A stretch of 24,000 bases of DNA, from contig DATGEK010000124.1 of the NCBI GenBank assembly GCA_035310205.1, positions 1 to 24,000 of the forward strand. Reading direction: 5' to 3'. The position numbers were made by a program, and so were the translations under genes. The notes beneath the pieces are model-generated. The model made no database searches, was not told the origin of the DNA, and saw only the letters and a program-made list of their open reading frames with translations. Below are positions 1-8,046 of this stretch, one piece after another. Every line of letters begins with the position of its first letter. The stretch's first letter is position 1. This stretch comes from Aliidongia sp. (GTDB lineage: Bacteria > Pseudomonadota > Alphaproteobacteria > ATCC43930 > CGMCC-115725).

Positions 1-459
1 GATCTGGTTCGGCGCGAGCACGTTGCTCTTGAAGCCGAGATACATCGCGTCGAAGGTCTGGCCGATCTTGATCGTTACCACCGGCTGCTGCGAGCCCGGC
101 GGCAGCTGGTTCAGCACCGAGGTGATCTTGGAGTTGATCTCGGTCATCGCCTTGTCGGCGTCGTAATTGAGCCGAAGATCGGCGGTGATGGTGCTGGTTC
201 CGGTCGTGCTGGTCGACGTCAGGTAGTCGATGCCGTTGGCCTGGGCGATGGCGTTTTCGAGCGGCGTGGTGATGAAGCCCGCGATCACGTCCGGGTCGGC
301 GCCATAGTAGGTGGTGCTGACCGTGACGATCGCATTCTGCGTCTGCGGGTATTGCAGGATCGGCAGGGAGAACGCCGCGCGCAGGCCCAGCACCAGGATC
401 ATCAGGCTGACGACCGTGGCGAGGACGGGGCGGCGTATGAAGATATCGGTGAAATTCAT
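1..459 (-). CDS. RND efflux transporter permease (HAE1/AcrB-MexB-like), N-terminal 153 codons only; continues past the left edge
   Basis: My translation of the reverse complement from ATG (cat at 457-459) gives MNFTDIFIRRPVLATVVSLMILVLGLRAAFSLPILQYPQTQNAIVTVSTTYYGADPDVIAGFITTPLENAIAQANGIDYL..., the classic RND N-terminus. It starts 15 nt downstream of the MFP stop. It is absent from the ORF track because it is open at the window edge. Confidence 0.9.
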   Translation of the reverse strand, partial: MNFTDIFIRRPVLATVVSLMILVLGLRAAFSLPILQYPQTQNAIVTVSTTYYGADPDVIAGFITTPLENAIAQANGIDYLTSTSTTGTSTITADLRLNYDADKAMTEINSKITSVLNQLPPGSQQPVVTIKIGQTFDAMYLGFKSNVLAPNQI

Positions 460-474
460 CGTCCGGTCCGCCTG

Positions 475-1605
475 TTACTGGTCCTGGATGACGGGGTTGG
501 CGTCATTCGTGGGCACCACGGAATTATTGACGACCACCGGGCTGCCGTTGCGCAGCTTGACCTGGCCGGCGGTGACCACCTGGTCGCCGGCCTTGACGCC
601 CTTCAGGACCGCGACCTGATCGCCGCGGGTCTCGCCGACCGTGATGAAGGTCTGGCGCGCCTGTAGCTTCGCCTGGCCCTTGGCGTCCTTGCCCTGGTCG
701 TCGATCAGATAGACCGTGCTGCCATAGGCGTTGTAGGTGATCGCGGTCTGCGGCAGCGTCACGAACTGCTGCGGCGTCCCGGTTTCGATGAACGCGGTCG
801 CGAACATGCCCGGCAGCAGCTTGTGGTCCGGGTTCTTGAAGGCGGCGCGGAGCTGCAGGTTGCGCGTGTCGGCATCGACCTTGGGATCGATCGCGATCAA
901 ATCGCCCGTGAAGGTCTGGCCCGGATAGGTGTCGATCTGGGCCGTCACCTTCTGGCCGACCTGAAGCTGCGACAGCGCCTGCTGCGGCAGGGTGAAGTCG
1001 ACGAAGATCGGGTCGAGTGCCTGCAGGGTGACGATGGTAGTGCCGGCGTTCAGGTACTGGCCGATGTCGACCTGGCGGATGCCCAGGTGCCCGTCGAACG
1101 GCGCCTTGATCGTCTTCTTCGCGACGATCGCGCGCTGCTGCTCGGCCAGCGCCTTGTCGTTCTTGAGATTGGCCGTGTCCGTGTCCAGGACCTGCTGGCT
1201 GACGGCCTGCACCTTGAACTGCTTCTGGTCACGCTCGAGCGTGATGCGGGCGAGATCCGCCTGCGCTTCGAGCGACTGCAGCTTGGCGACGTCATCCTCG
1301 GACCGCAGCGTCAGCAGCGGGGCGCCGGCCTTCACGTCGTCGCCCGACTTGAACAGGATCTGGTCGACGATGCCGGGCACTTCGAGCGACAGGTCGGCGC
1401 CGTTGACCGCGCGCAGCGAGCCCACGGCCTTCAATTGCGGCTGCCATCCCTGCTGGTTGGCGACGATCGTCGCCACCGTCTGCGGCTGGTTGCCGAAGCC
1501 TGCGAGGTACGCCCTTACGTAACCGGCCTTGACGTGCTCGAAATAAAAGATGCCGCCCAGTGTCAGCCCGACCAGCAGAAGCATGATGATCATGCGTTTG
1601 GCCAT
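475..1605 (-). CDS. Efflux RND periplasmic adaptor (membrane fusion protein, HlyD/AcrA family)
   Basis: Track ORF 475..1686. I prefer the internal ATG at 1605 (MAKRMIIMLLLVGLTLGG..., an N-terminal TM anchor) because GGAGAG lies about 7 nt upstream. It has the biotinyl-lipoyl-like, coiled-coil and beta-barrel layout typical of MFPs (SLEVPGIVDQILFKSGDDVKAGAPLLTL ... TIKAPFDGHLG). Confidence 0.85.
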   Translation of the reverse strand: MAKRMIIMLLLVGLTLGGIFYFEHVKAGYVRAYLAGFGNQPQTVATIVANQQGWQPQLKAVGSLRAVNGADLSLEVPGIVDQILFKSGDDVKAGAPLLTLRSEDDVAKLQSLEAQADLARITLERDQKQFKVQAVSQQVLDTDTANLKNDKALAEQQRAIVAKKTIKAPFDGHLGIRQVDIGQYLNAGTTIVTLQALDPIFVDFTLPQQALSQLQVGQKVTAQIDTYPGQTFTGDLIAIDPKVDADTRNLQLRAAFKNPDHKLLPGMFATAFIETGTPQQFVTLPQTAITYNAYGSTVYLIDDQGKDAKGQAKLQARQTFITVGETRGDQVAVLKGVKAGDQVVTAGQVKLRNGSPVVVNNSVVPTNDANPVIQDQ

Positions 1606-1633
1606 CGAAAACTCTCCGTTCTTGACGCGCCGC

Positions 1634-3136
1634 TTAAAGGGCTGCGTCGGTCTTTGGGGCGGCGTCGCGATCCTTCGCGACGACATCGCTGCGATTCCAC
1701 CAGCCGCCGCCCAGTGCCTGGAACAGCGCGGCCGTGTCGGTGTAGCGGGCGGCCTGGGCCCTCACGAGCCCGATGTGCGCCTGCTGGAAGTTCTGCTCGG
1801 CGGTCAGCAACGTCAGGTACGAGATACCGCCGGCCTGCAATTGCGCCTGGGCGAGCGCCAGGCTGTCCGCCGCGGCGGTCTCGGCTGCCAGTTCCGCCTT
1901 GAGCGCTTCGGCGTCCGAGGTCAGCGCGCGCAGCGCGTTCGCCACGTCCCCGAAGGCGGATAGCACGGTCGAGCGATATTGCGCCGCCGCCTGATCATAG
2001 GCCGCATCCGCCGCGCGCCTCGTATGAAGCAGCTTGCCGCCGTCGAAGATTGTGCCTGCCGCGTTGGAGCCGATGCCCCAGATCATGCTGTTGGCCTCGA
2101 ACAGCTTGGCGATCTGGCTTGCTTCGAGGCCAATGTTGGCCGTGATGGTCAGCTGGGGCAACTCATTCGCGAGCGCCACGCCGATTTCGGCGCTGGCGGC
2201 ATGCAGGTTGGCTTCCGCCGCCTGCACGTCCGGCCGCTGCTCGACCAGTTTGGACGGCAGCGAGACCGGCAGTTCGCCGGGCAGCGCCAGGCCCGCCAGC
2301 TCGAACTGCTCGCCGGCGTCCTGGTTCGGGAAGCGCCCGGCATAGACCTGGATGAGGTTGCGTTCCTGCGCCAACTGCTTCTGCAGCGGCGGCAGGGTCG
2401 CCTGGGTGGCGGCCAACGTCGATTGCTGGTTCAGCAGGTCCGCGCGGGCCGCACCGCCGAGCGCCACCTGGCGGCGGACCGTGTCGAGGCTCTGGGTCTC
2501 GGCCTTGATGACCTCCTCAGTCGCGCGGATCTGGTCGCGCAGCGAGGCCTCGGTGATCACCGCCGTCACCAGGTTGGCGGTCAGGCTCAGGTAGCTCGCT
2601 TCCAGCTGAAAGCGCTGGAATTCGGCCTTCGCCTCCAGTGACTCGATATTCCGCCGGATGCCGCCCCAGATGTCGAGCGTGTAGGACACGTTCGCACCGG
2701 CGTTGTAGAGGCTGTAGATGGTCGAGCCGAAGCTGCCGATCTGCTGCTTCTGGCGCGACCCCGACAGCGAGCCGGTCACGGTCGGATAGAGCGCGCCGTC
2801 GCCGGCCAGCACATTCTCCCGCGCCTCGCGCAGCGCCGCCTGGGCGGCGTCCAGGTCGGGATTGGCCTTGAGCGCGGTCTCGACCAGCTTGTTGAGCGGT
2901 TCGGAATGGTAGAGCGACCACCATTGGCCGGGGATGTCCAGGCCATCGACGAGCCGCTGGGCGTTCCCGCCGGCAACGCTGGAGGACACGGTCTCTTTAG
3001 GGAGTGGATCGGCACTGTAGCCGGCGTCGGTCGGGGCTGGCGGAGCCTCGAAATCCGGTCCAACGGCGCAACCGGCAACGAGTGCCAATGTCGCTGATGA
3101 GGCCGCTCGGGCGATAATGCGCCTTGAGCTCGTCAC
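1634..3136 (-). CDS. Efflux outer-membrane factor lipoprotein, NodT/OprM family
   Basis: 500-aa ORF with a GTG start at 3136 and CAGGAGC about 10 nt upstream. Lipobox LVAGC near the N-terminus. It shows the duplicated TolC-like helical repeats and the C-terminal ALGGGW motif typical of NodT-family OMFs. Confidence 0.9.
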   Translation of the reverse strand: MTSSRRIIARAASSATLALVAGCAVGPDFEAPPAPTDAGYSADPLPKETVSSSVAGGNAQRLVDGLDIPGQWWSLYHSEPLNKLVETALKANPDLDAAQAALREARENVLAGDGALYPTVTGSLSGSRQKQQIGSFGSTIYSLYNAGANVSYTLDIWGGIRRNIESLEAKAEFQRFQLEASYLSLTANLVTAVITEASLRDQIRATEEVIKAETQSLDTVRRQVALGGAARADLLNQQSTLAATQATLPPLQKQLAQERNLIQVYAGRFPNQDAGEQFELAGLALPGELPVSLPSKLVEQRPDVQAAEANLHAASAEIGVALANELPQLTITANIGLEASQIAKLFEANSMIWGIGSNAAGTIFDGGKLLHTRRAADAAYDQAAAQYRSTVLSAFGDVANALRALTSDAEALKAELAAETAAADSLALAQAQLQAGGISYLTLLTAEQNFQQAHIGLVRAQAARYTDTAALFQALGGGWWNRSDVVAKDRDAAPKTDAAL

Positions 3137-3214
3137 GTGTTGATGCTCCTGGAGCCATCTATCAATGGAAGGTGCCCGCGAAGGAATGGGCGGGCTAGGC
3201 GGGCAGTCAAATTT

Positions 3215-3234
3215 AAGAAACTAGGGCGTTTCTT
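3215..3234. promoter_or_regulatory. Candidate TetR operator 1: perfect palindrome AAGAAAC-N6-GTTTCTT
   Basis: Read directly from the sequence. 7-bp perfect inverted arms with a 6-nt spacer, 79 nt from the OMF GTG start, in the divergent intergenic region. Confidence 0.45.
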
Positions 3235-3363
3235 CGCGCCAGGAAGCTAGGGATGCGCCCCGCGGGTGTCAAGGGAGCGGGGGTGATATTCTTTCGGAAG
3301 TTTTCCAGGGGCGGTCACGCAAAGCAGGTCCGCGCTTGCTGCGCCCGGCTATCCGGCTTAAGT

Positions 3364-3383
3364 AAGAAACCAAGGAGTTTCCT
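3364..3383. promoter_or_regulatory. Candidate TetR operator 2: AAGAAAC-N6-GTTTCCT (one arm mismatch)
   Basis: Same half-site and spacing as 3215-3234, and both copies share the 8-mer TAAGAAAC. It lies 59 nt upstream of the preferred tetR ATG at 3442. Confidence 0.45.
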
Positions 3384-3441
3384 ATCCGCACGACCTGCGG
3401 CGATGCGCGACCACCGACGCGCGGATAGGGGGAGGAGCGAT

Positions 3442-4098
3442 ATGGTCGATTGCGTTACCGCGATGCGGTGCGGCGGCGTGCGCTTGCGCGGCCGTCCGAA
3501 GCCTATTTCCGAGGACGAGCGGCGCGGCCGGTTGATCCAGGCCGCGGAAGACGTGTTTCTCGAGCGCGGCTACGGACTTGCGACGATGGACGACGTGTCG
3601 CGGCGGGCTGGCATGTCGAAGAAGACGATCTACCAGCTGTTCGCCACCAAGCAGGCGCTATTCGCGGCGCTGCTCGCCCAGAATGTCGAACGATTGATGA
3701 TGCCGATCAAGACCGACGACGGCACACGCGGCCCCCGGGCAGTGCTGGAGGATTTCTTGCGGCAGGTTGCGCGTTTCGTGCTGTCGCCGCGCCAGGTCGC
3801 GATGCACCGGCTGGTCATTTCCGAGGCGCTCCGCACGCCGGAACTGGCGCAGGCCTTCCTGCATGAGACGATGGATCGCGGCAGGAGCGAGCTCGTCCAA
3901 TGGTTCGAGGGGCAGCGGCAGCGCGGCACGCTCAATATCGAGGACGCCGACGAGGCGGCGAGCATCCTCTGCGGCTTCGTCATCAGCGAGCCGCAGCTGC
4001 GCCTGCTCTATGGCCAGGACGAGCCGCCGACCTGGGCGATGATCGATCGCCGGGTACAGCTTGGGCTCGACATCTTCTTCAAGGGCACCAGCGTCTGA
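3442..4098 (+). CDS. TetR/AcrR family transcriptional regulator, probable repressor of the divergent efflux operon
   Basis: Track ORF 3253..4098. I prefer ATG 3442 (MVDCVTAM...) because GGGGGAGGAG lies 5-6 nt upstream and operator-like palindromes sit upstream of it. TetR HTH: RGRLIQAAEDVFLERGYGLATMDDVSRRAGMSKKTIYQLFATKQALF. Confidence 0.85.
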   Translation: MVDCVTAMRCGGVRLRGRPKPISEDERRGRLIQAAEDVFLERGYGLATMDDVSRRAGMSKKTIYQLFATKQALFAALLAQNVERLMMPIKTDDGTRGPRAVLEDFLRQVARFVLSPRQVAMHRLVISEALRTPELAQAFLHETMDRGRSELVQWFEGQRQRGTLNIEDADEAASILCGFVISEPQLRLLYGQDEPPTWAMIDRRVQLGLDIFFKGTSV

Positions 4099-4128
4099 AC
4101 CCCTCGCACCGCTCCGGTGCGAAGGGTT
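4098..4128. terminator. Stem-loop between convergent tetR and aqpZ (14-bp stem with one mismatch, 3-nt loop)
   Basis: aacccctcgcaccg-ctc-cggtgcgaagggtt, read directly. There is no clear U-tract on either side, so terminator function is inferred from position only. Confidence 0.4.
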
Positions 4129-4149
4129 CAGACGCGGGATCCACGGCGA

Positions 4150-4884
4150 TCAGGCGGTCGGCGCCAGCTCGGCTTCGCGACCGATCATGCCGGGCGACTC
4201 GCCGGGGGCAAGTACCAGCTTCCAGATCAGCGCCCCGATGACGGCACCCAGCAGCGGCGCGAACCAGAACAGCCAAAGCTGGCCGGTGGCACCCGTGGTC
4301 GCGAAGAAGGCGACGGCGGTCGAGCGGGCCGGGTTGACCGAAGTGTTCGTGACCGGGATCGAGATCAGGTGGATCAGGGTCAGCGCCAGGCCGATGGCGA
4401 TCGGCGCGAAACCCGGCGGTGCCGCCTTGGATGTCGACCCCAGGATGACGATCAGGAAGCCCGCCGTCAGCGTGACTTCGATGACCAGCGCCGAGACCAG
4501 GCCGTAGTGACCGGGTGACAGGTCGCCATAGCCGTTGGAGGCGAAACCGCCGGGGGCGAACGCCGGCGCCCCGGAGGCGATGACGTAAAGGACCACCCCC
4601 GCGGCGAGACCGCCGATCACCTGGGTAACCCAGTAGGGGATCAGTTCGCTCCATTCGAAGCGGCCGGCGACGGCGAGCCCGAGCGAGACGGCGGGATTGA
4701 AATGCCCGCCGGAAATTCCGCCGACCGCATAGGCCATGGTAAGGACGGTGAGGCCGAAGGCGAACGCGACGCCGACGAAGCCGATGCCCAGTTGCGGAAA
4801 CCCGGCGGCGAGCACCGCGCTACCACAGCCACCGAAGACCAGCCAAAAGGTTCCGAAAAACTCGGCTCCTAATTTCCTGCCCAT
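4150..4884 (-). CDS. aqpZ: Aquaporin Z (MIP family water channel)
   Basis: The 244-aa ORF begins [27 protein letters not shown] and contains both NPA boxes (GGHFNPAVS and [11 protein letters not shown]). The overall sequence is AqpZ-like. Confidence 0.93.
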   Translation of the reverse strand: MGRKLGAEFFGTFWLVFGGCGSAVLAAGFPQLGIGFVGVAFAFGLTVLTMAYAVGGISGGHFNPAVSLGLAVAGRFEWSELIPYWVTQVIGGLAAGVVLYVIASGAPAFAPGGFASNGYGDLSPGHYGLVSALVIEVTLTAGFLIVILGSTSKAAPPGFAPIAIGLALTLIHLISIPVTNTSVNPARSTAVAFFATTGATGQLWLFWFAPLLGAVIGALIWKLVLAPGESPGMIGREAELAPTA

Positions 4885-5009
4885 CTTGACCCCCGTCGAT
4901 TGAAAACGAGTGGGGCTATTCTATAGAAATTAGCTCGCCGCTACTAGAGTGGTGCGAATTATTTCTCGCGCGAAGGTGGTTCGTCGGAAGACCTGACGGT
5001 TTGCCGCAA

Positions 5010-5639
5010 TCACGCCGGATCGGAGCCCGTTCCGTCGCGGGGCTTGATCGTCGCCAGCAAGGCCTCGCCGTCGGCTTCTCCGGCGATCATCGGGACGTCG
5101 GTCACCCCATCGAGCCGGAGCGTGTCGCCTTCCGCGACCATCCAGGTGCCCAGCGCGCCGGCGTCGACCGTCAACCGGCCCGCGAGCGCGTGGAGCAGTG
5201 CTGTGCCCCCGTCCAGCGACGGCAGCGCCGATGGCACCGGGAAGCGAAGGCGCGCCAGGCTGCCGACCGTGCTCGCCCGGTCCAGGATCAGGTTGAAGTC
5301 ACGGATCGGTCCGCCGACGAGCGTGCATTCGGTCGGCGCGTCGCCGGGAAAGCCGTAGGGCGCCGACGCCTGGTCGAGCAGTACCGTCGCCCGCTTGTCG
5401 ACCGCGAGGCGCATGCCGGCACCGGAGACCACGGCGATGAGCCGGTCATAGCCGGGAAAATTCGAGAACGGCCCGGATGACGGGACGTCGGCGATGCTGA
5501 CCCGCCAGCGGAAGCGATCCCCGGCGCCGGGCTCGATCGCAATCTCCGTCGTCGTGCCGAGCCCGTTCCGCCAGGGCATGACACGGTAGGTCGCCGCTGG
5601 GAGCTGGGTGACGGAGGGGGATGCGGGCGTCGGGCTCAT
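5010..5639 (-). CDS. hutD: HutD/Ves family protein
   Basis: 209-aa ORF. The N-terminal YRVMPWRNGLGTTTEIAI matches the HutD signature (pW-x-NG-x-G-x-T-x-EI). Its ATG overlaps the stop of the upstream gene (ATGA). Confidence 0.75.
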   Translation of the reverse strand: MSPTPASPSVTQLPAATYRVMPWRNGLGTTTEIAIEPGAGDRFRWRVSIADVPSSGPFSNFPGYDRLIAVVSGAGMRLAVDKRATVLLDQASAPYGFPGDAPTECTLVGGPIRDFNLILDRASTVGSLARLRFPVPSALPSLDGGTALLHALAGRLTVDAGALGTWMVAEGDTLRLDGVTDVPMIAGEADGEALLATIKPRDGTGSDPA

Positions 5640-6127
5640 CGGTTCTCCCCGGGCACCCGGCCCAACCAGTCTGCCGCCCGGCGGATCGCGCGGTCGGCGG
5701 GGTAGAAGGCGGCCAGGACGAGATCTGCCTGATCCTCGCTGCGCCAGGCAAACGGCAGCAGCAGCCGATAGTAGCCGAATTTCAGGAACAGCAGGCTGGA
5801 TATCCGCTCCGCATAGTCCGGCTCGCCGCTCTCGACTGTCCGGCGATAGGCGTCCAGCGCCTCGCCATGGACGGCAGGCGACTGCAGCTCGTCGACATAG
5901 CGGCCGGTCGGATCATCGCCGAGCAGGTCGGCGAGGCGGGTGCCGACCAGGCGATAGCGGGGGCGGAACGGCGGTTCGATCTCGACCAGCGCCACGCTGC
6001 CGAGACTATAGGCGATGTCGGTCGGATCGAGGTCGGCCCGGCGGGGCAGGGGCCGGTCGCCTTTGAGATTGTACCAATGCTCCAGCAGGCGCTGCAGTTC
6101 GGTCGTTCGGATGATCGGCCGAACCAT
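5636..6127 (-). CDS. PAS_5-like (PF07310-type) small PAS domain protein
   Basis: Track ORF 5636..6436. I prefer the internal ATG at 6127 (MVRPIIRTTELQRLLEHWYNLKGDRPLPRRADLDPTDIAYSLGSVALVEIE...RYRLVGTRL) because GGAGGTG lies 6 nt upstream. The motif pattern matches the roughly 160-200 aa alphaproteobacterial PAS_5 family as I remember it. Confidence 0.6.
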   Translation of the reverse strand: MVRPIIRTTELQRLLEHWYNLKGDRPLPRRADLDPTDIAYSLGSVALVEIEPPFRPRYRLVGTRLADLLGDDPTGRYVDELQSPAVHGEALDAYRRTVESGEPDYAERISSLLFLKFGYYRLLLPFAWRSEDQADLVLAAFYPADRAIRRAADWLGRVPGENR

Positions 6128-6471
6128 GCGTGTCACCTCCGAAACCTGGATGCTGCTCCGGCGCCGCGCGAGCGGCCGATCGACAAAGAACGAGGTCATG
6201 GCGGGGGGAACCCGGGAATGGAATGTGCTGCGCCGGGCTTGGCAACGCCGGCTTCGGAACCGGTCAATATATCGTGTAAAGCCAACGCGGTGCGGAACTT
6301 TTCGCGCGGCATTTGAGACAAGAGCGAGACGATCGGCGGTCTCGTTCGGCCGGCCCATACAGGCGGCGCCCAGGGGCGGGGCTTGGGCGTCCGTTGGAAC
6401 GGGCGGTGGGGCGGCCCCGTTTGCGGACGCCTGCATCCTTGGGATGCATCGCCTGTCGAACGGAGTCCTTC

Positions 6472-6696
6472 ATGCGCAGCCGCCTTCTCGTCCTTCCGGC
6501 CCTCGCTCTGTCCCTTGCCGCCTGCGGCAGCGCGCCACCGCCGATTGTCGGCCCGGACGCCGGTGGCATCAGCCGCAGCTACAATCTGGTCGATGATCAG
6601 GGCCGCGTTGCTGGACGGGTCATCCTTTCGCCGCTCGGTGGCGGGCAGTTGATCGATCAGAACGGCAATGTGGTCGGCCGCTTCGTCCAGCAATGA
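6472..6696 (+). CDS. Small lipoprotein (74 aa), function unknown
   Basis: Internal ATG of track ORF 6313..6696 with a GGAG upstream. MRSRLLVLPALALSLAACGS gives a signal peptide plus lipobox L-A-A-C. Confidence 0.55.
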   Translation: MRSRLLVLPALALSLAACGSAPPPIVGPDAGGISRSYNLVDDQGRVAGRVILSPLGGGQLIDQNGNVVGRFVQQ

Positions 6697-6773
6697 ACTT
6701 TTAGGCGAAACAGCGCTGGACGCCACGAGGCATCCCCTAGTAGCAAGATAGCTCAAGGCTTTTGGGGGACCAG

Positions 6774-7235
6774 ATGAACAAGAACGCGCTCCTTTCGATC
6801 GGCTTGGCGCTGCTGGGCGCCACTTACGCCGGACCGGCGCCGGCGGCCGCGGTGACGGCCAAGCATTCCGATATCGTGTTCAACAACGTGTTCATCTTCT
6901 TCCGCAACGACGATGCCACCCTGACACCGCTCATGGTGAAGACGGTGACGCGCGCCGCTGATCTGGCGAGGCAGGGCGGGGCGACCCGCATCAAGATCAC
7001 CGGCTATTCCGACGACGCCAAGCGGCCGAAGGCGTTGGGCCAGATGCGGGCGGACGCGGTCAAGGCCGTGCTGGTCCAGCAGGGCATCCCGGCGGCGAGC
7101 ATCGAGACCCAGCCGCGCGAGAAGGCGCCGCCGGCGAGCAACGTCGGCGGTCCGAACCCGGCCAACCATCGCGCCCGGATCACGCTCTACCGCGCCTTTA
7201 CCGCGCCGGTCGGCCCGCGCGAGGGCGCACGGTAA
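6774..7235 (+). CDS. OmpA-like (OmpA_C/peptidoglycan-associating) domain protein with signal peptide
   Basis: MNKNALLSIGLALLGATYAGPAPA is a signal peptide. IKITGYSDD...QMRADAVKAVLVQQGIPAASI...NHRARITL resembles the OmpA C-terminal domain. The start could instead be 6762. Confidence 0.65.
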   Translation: MNKNALLSIGLALLGATYAGPAPAAAVTAKHSDIVFNNVFIFFRNDDATLTPLMVKTVTRAADLARQGGATRIKITGYSDDAKRPKALGQMRADAVKAVLVQQGIPAASIETQPREKAPPASNVGGPNPANHRARITLYRAFTAPVGPREGAR

Positions 7236-8030
7236 CTATCGCCCCTTGAACCGCGCGTCGCGCTTTTCGCGGAAGCTCGCGACGCCCTCGGCCGCGTCCT
7301 CGCTGGCCATCAGGCGAAGCTGGGCCGGTCCGAGGTCGGCGACCGCCGCGGCCGGGCCGTGCTCAATCGCCTTGCGGGCATTCTCGATCGTCGCCTGGAT
7401 CGCGAGCGGCGCCTGCGCCGCGATCCGTTCGGCCAGTTCAATGGCCCGGTCGAGCTGCCGGCCGGTCTCGACCACTTCCTGGACGAAGCCCAGCCGAAGC
7501 GCGGTCCCGGCGTCGAATTCGTCGCCAGTCAGCAGGTAGCGCATGGCGTTGCCCCAGCCGGCGCGTTCGACCATGCGGATCGTGGCACCGTGGTTGGCCA
7601 TGATGCCGCGCTTGACCTCGATCTGCCCGAACCGGCAATCGGCCGCGGCCACGACCACGTCGGCGCCCAGCATCAGCTCGATCCCGGCGGTGAAGCAGAT
7701 GCCCTGCACCGCCGCCACGACCGGCTTGGTCCGAAGCGGCGGTCGCAGGTTGTAGGGATCGATTTTGCCGGGCAGCGCCAGGTGGCGACCGGCCTCGAAC
7801 CAGGACGCCAGCTGGTCGAGCTGCAGCCCGGCGGTGAAGTGAGGGCCTAGCGCATGGAGGACGCCGCAGCGCACCGCCGGGTCCCGCTCCAGCCGCTCGA
7901 ATGCCTCGGCCAGCTCGACCACCATCTTCTCGCTGAAACCGTTGCGCTTCGGCACCCGGTCGATGCCGATCAGCAGCAGCGGGCCGCGCGCCTCGACGAG
8001 GATGCGGCCGTCGGGATGGAGATCGGACAT
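7236..8030 (-). CDS. Crotonase/enoyl-CoA hydratase family protein
   Basis: 264-aa ORF with a crotonase fold signature (FTAGLQL..., KPVVAAVQGICFTAGIELMLGADVVVAA, GIMANHGATIRM). It sits 16 nt downstream of the ALDH gene, a likely operon. Confidence 0.9.
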   Translation of the reverse strand: MSDLHPDGRILVEARGPLLLIGIDRVPKRNGFSEKMVVELAEAFERLERDPAVRCGVLHALGPHFTAGLQLDQLASWFEAGRHLALPGKIDPYNLRPPLRTKPVVAAVQGICFTAGIELMLGADVVVAAADCRFGQIEVKRGIMANHGATIRMVERAGWGNAMRYLLTGDEFDAGTALRLGFVQEVVETGRQLDRAIELAERIAAQAPLAIQATIENARKAIEHGPAAAVADLGPAQLRLMASEDAAEGVASFREKRDARFKGR

Positions 8031-8046
8031 GGACGGGCTCCTCCGA

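Noticed and set aside
823-1902. 359-aa plus-strand ORF and other plus-strand ORFs across the MFP/OMF genes
   Set aside because: They are antisense to a coherent efflux operon and have an arginine-rich, shadow-like composition.
3253-3441. Long N-terminal extension of the TetR ORF (start at 3253)
   Set aside because: The extension is Arg-rich with no homology-like features and would contain operator 2 and the leader inverted repeat. ATG 3442 has a very strong SD.
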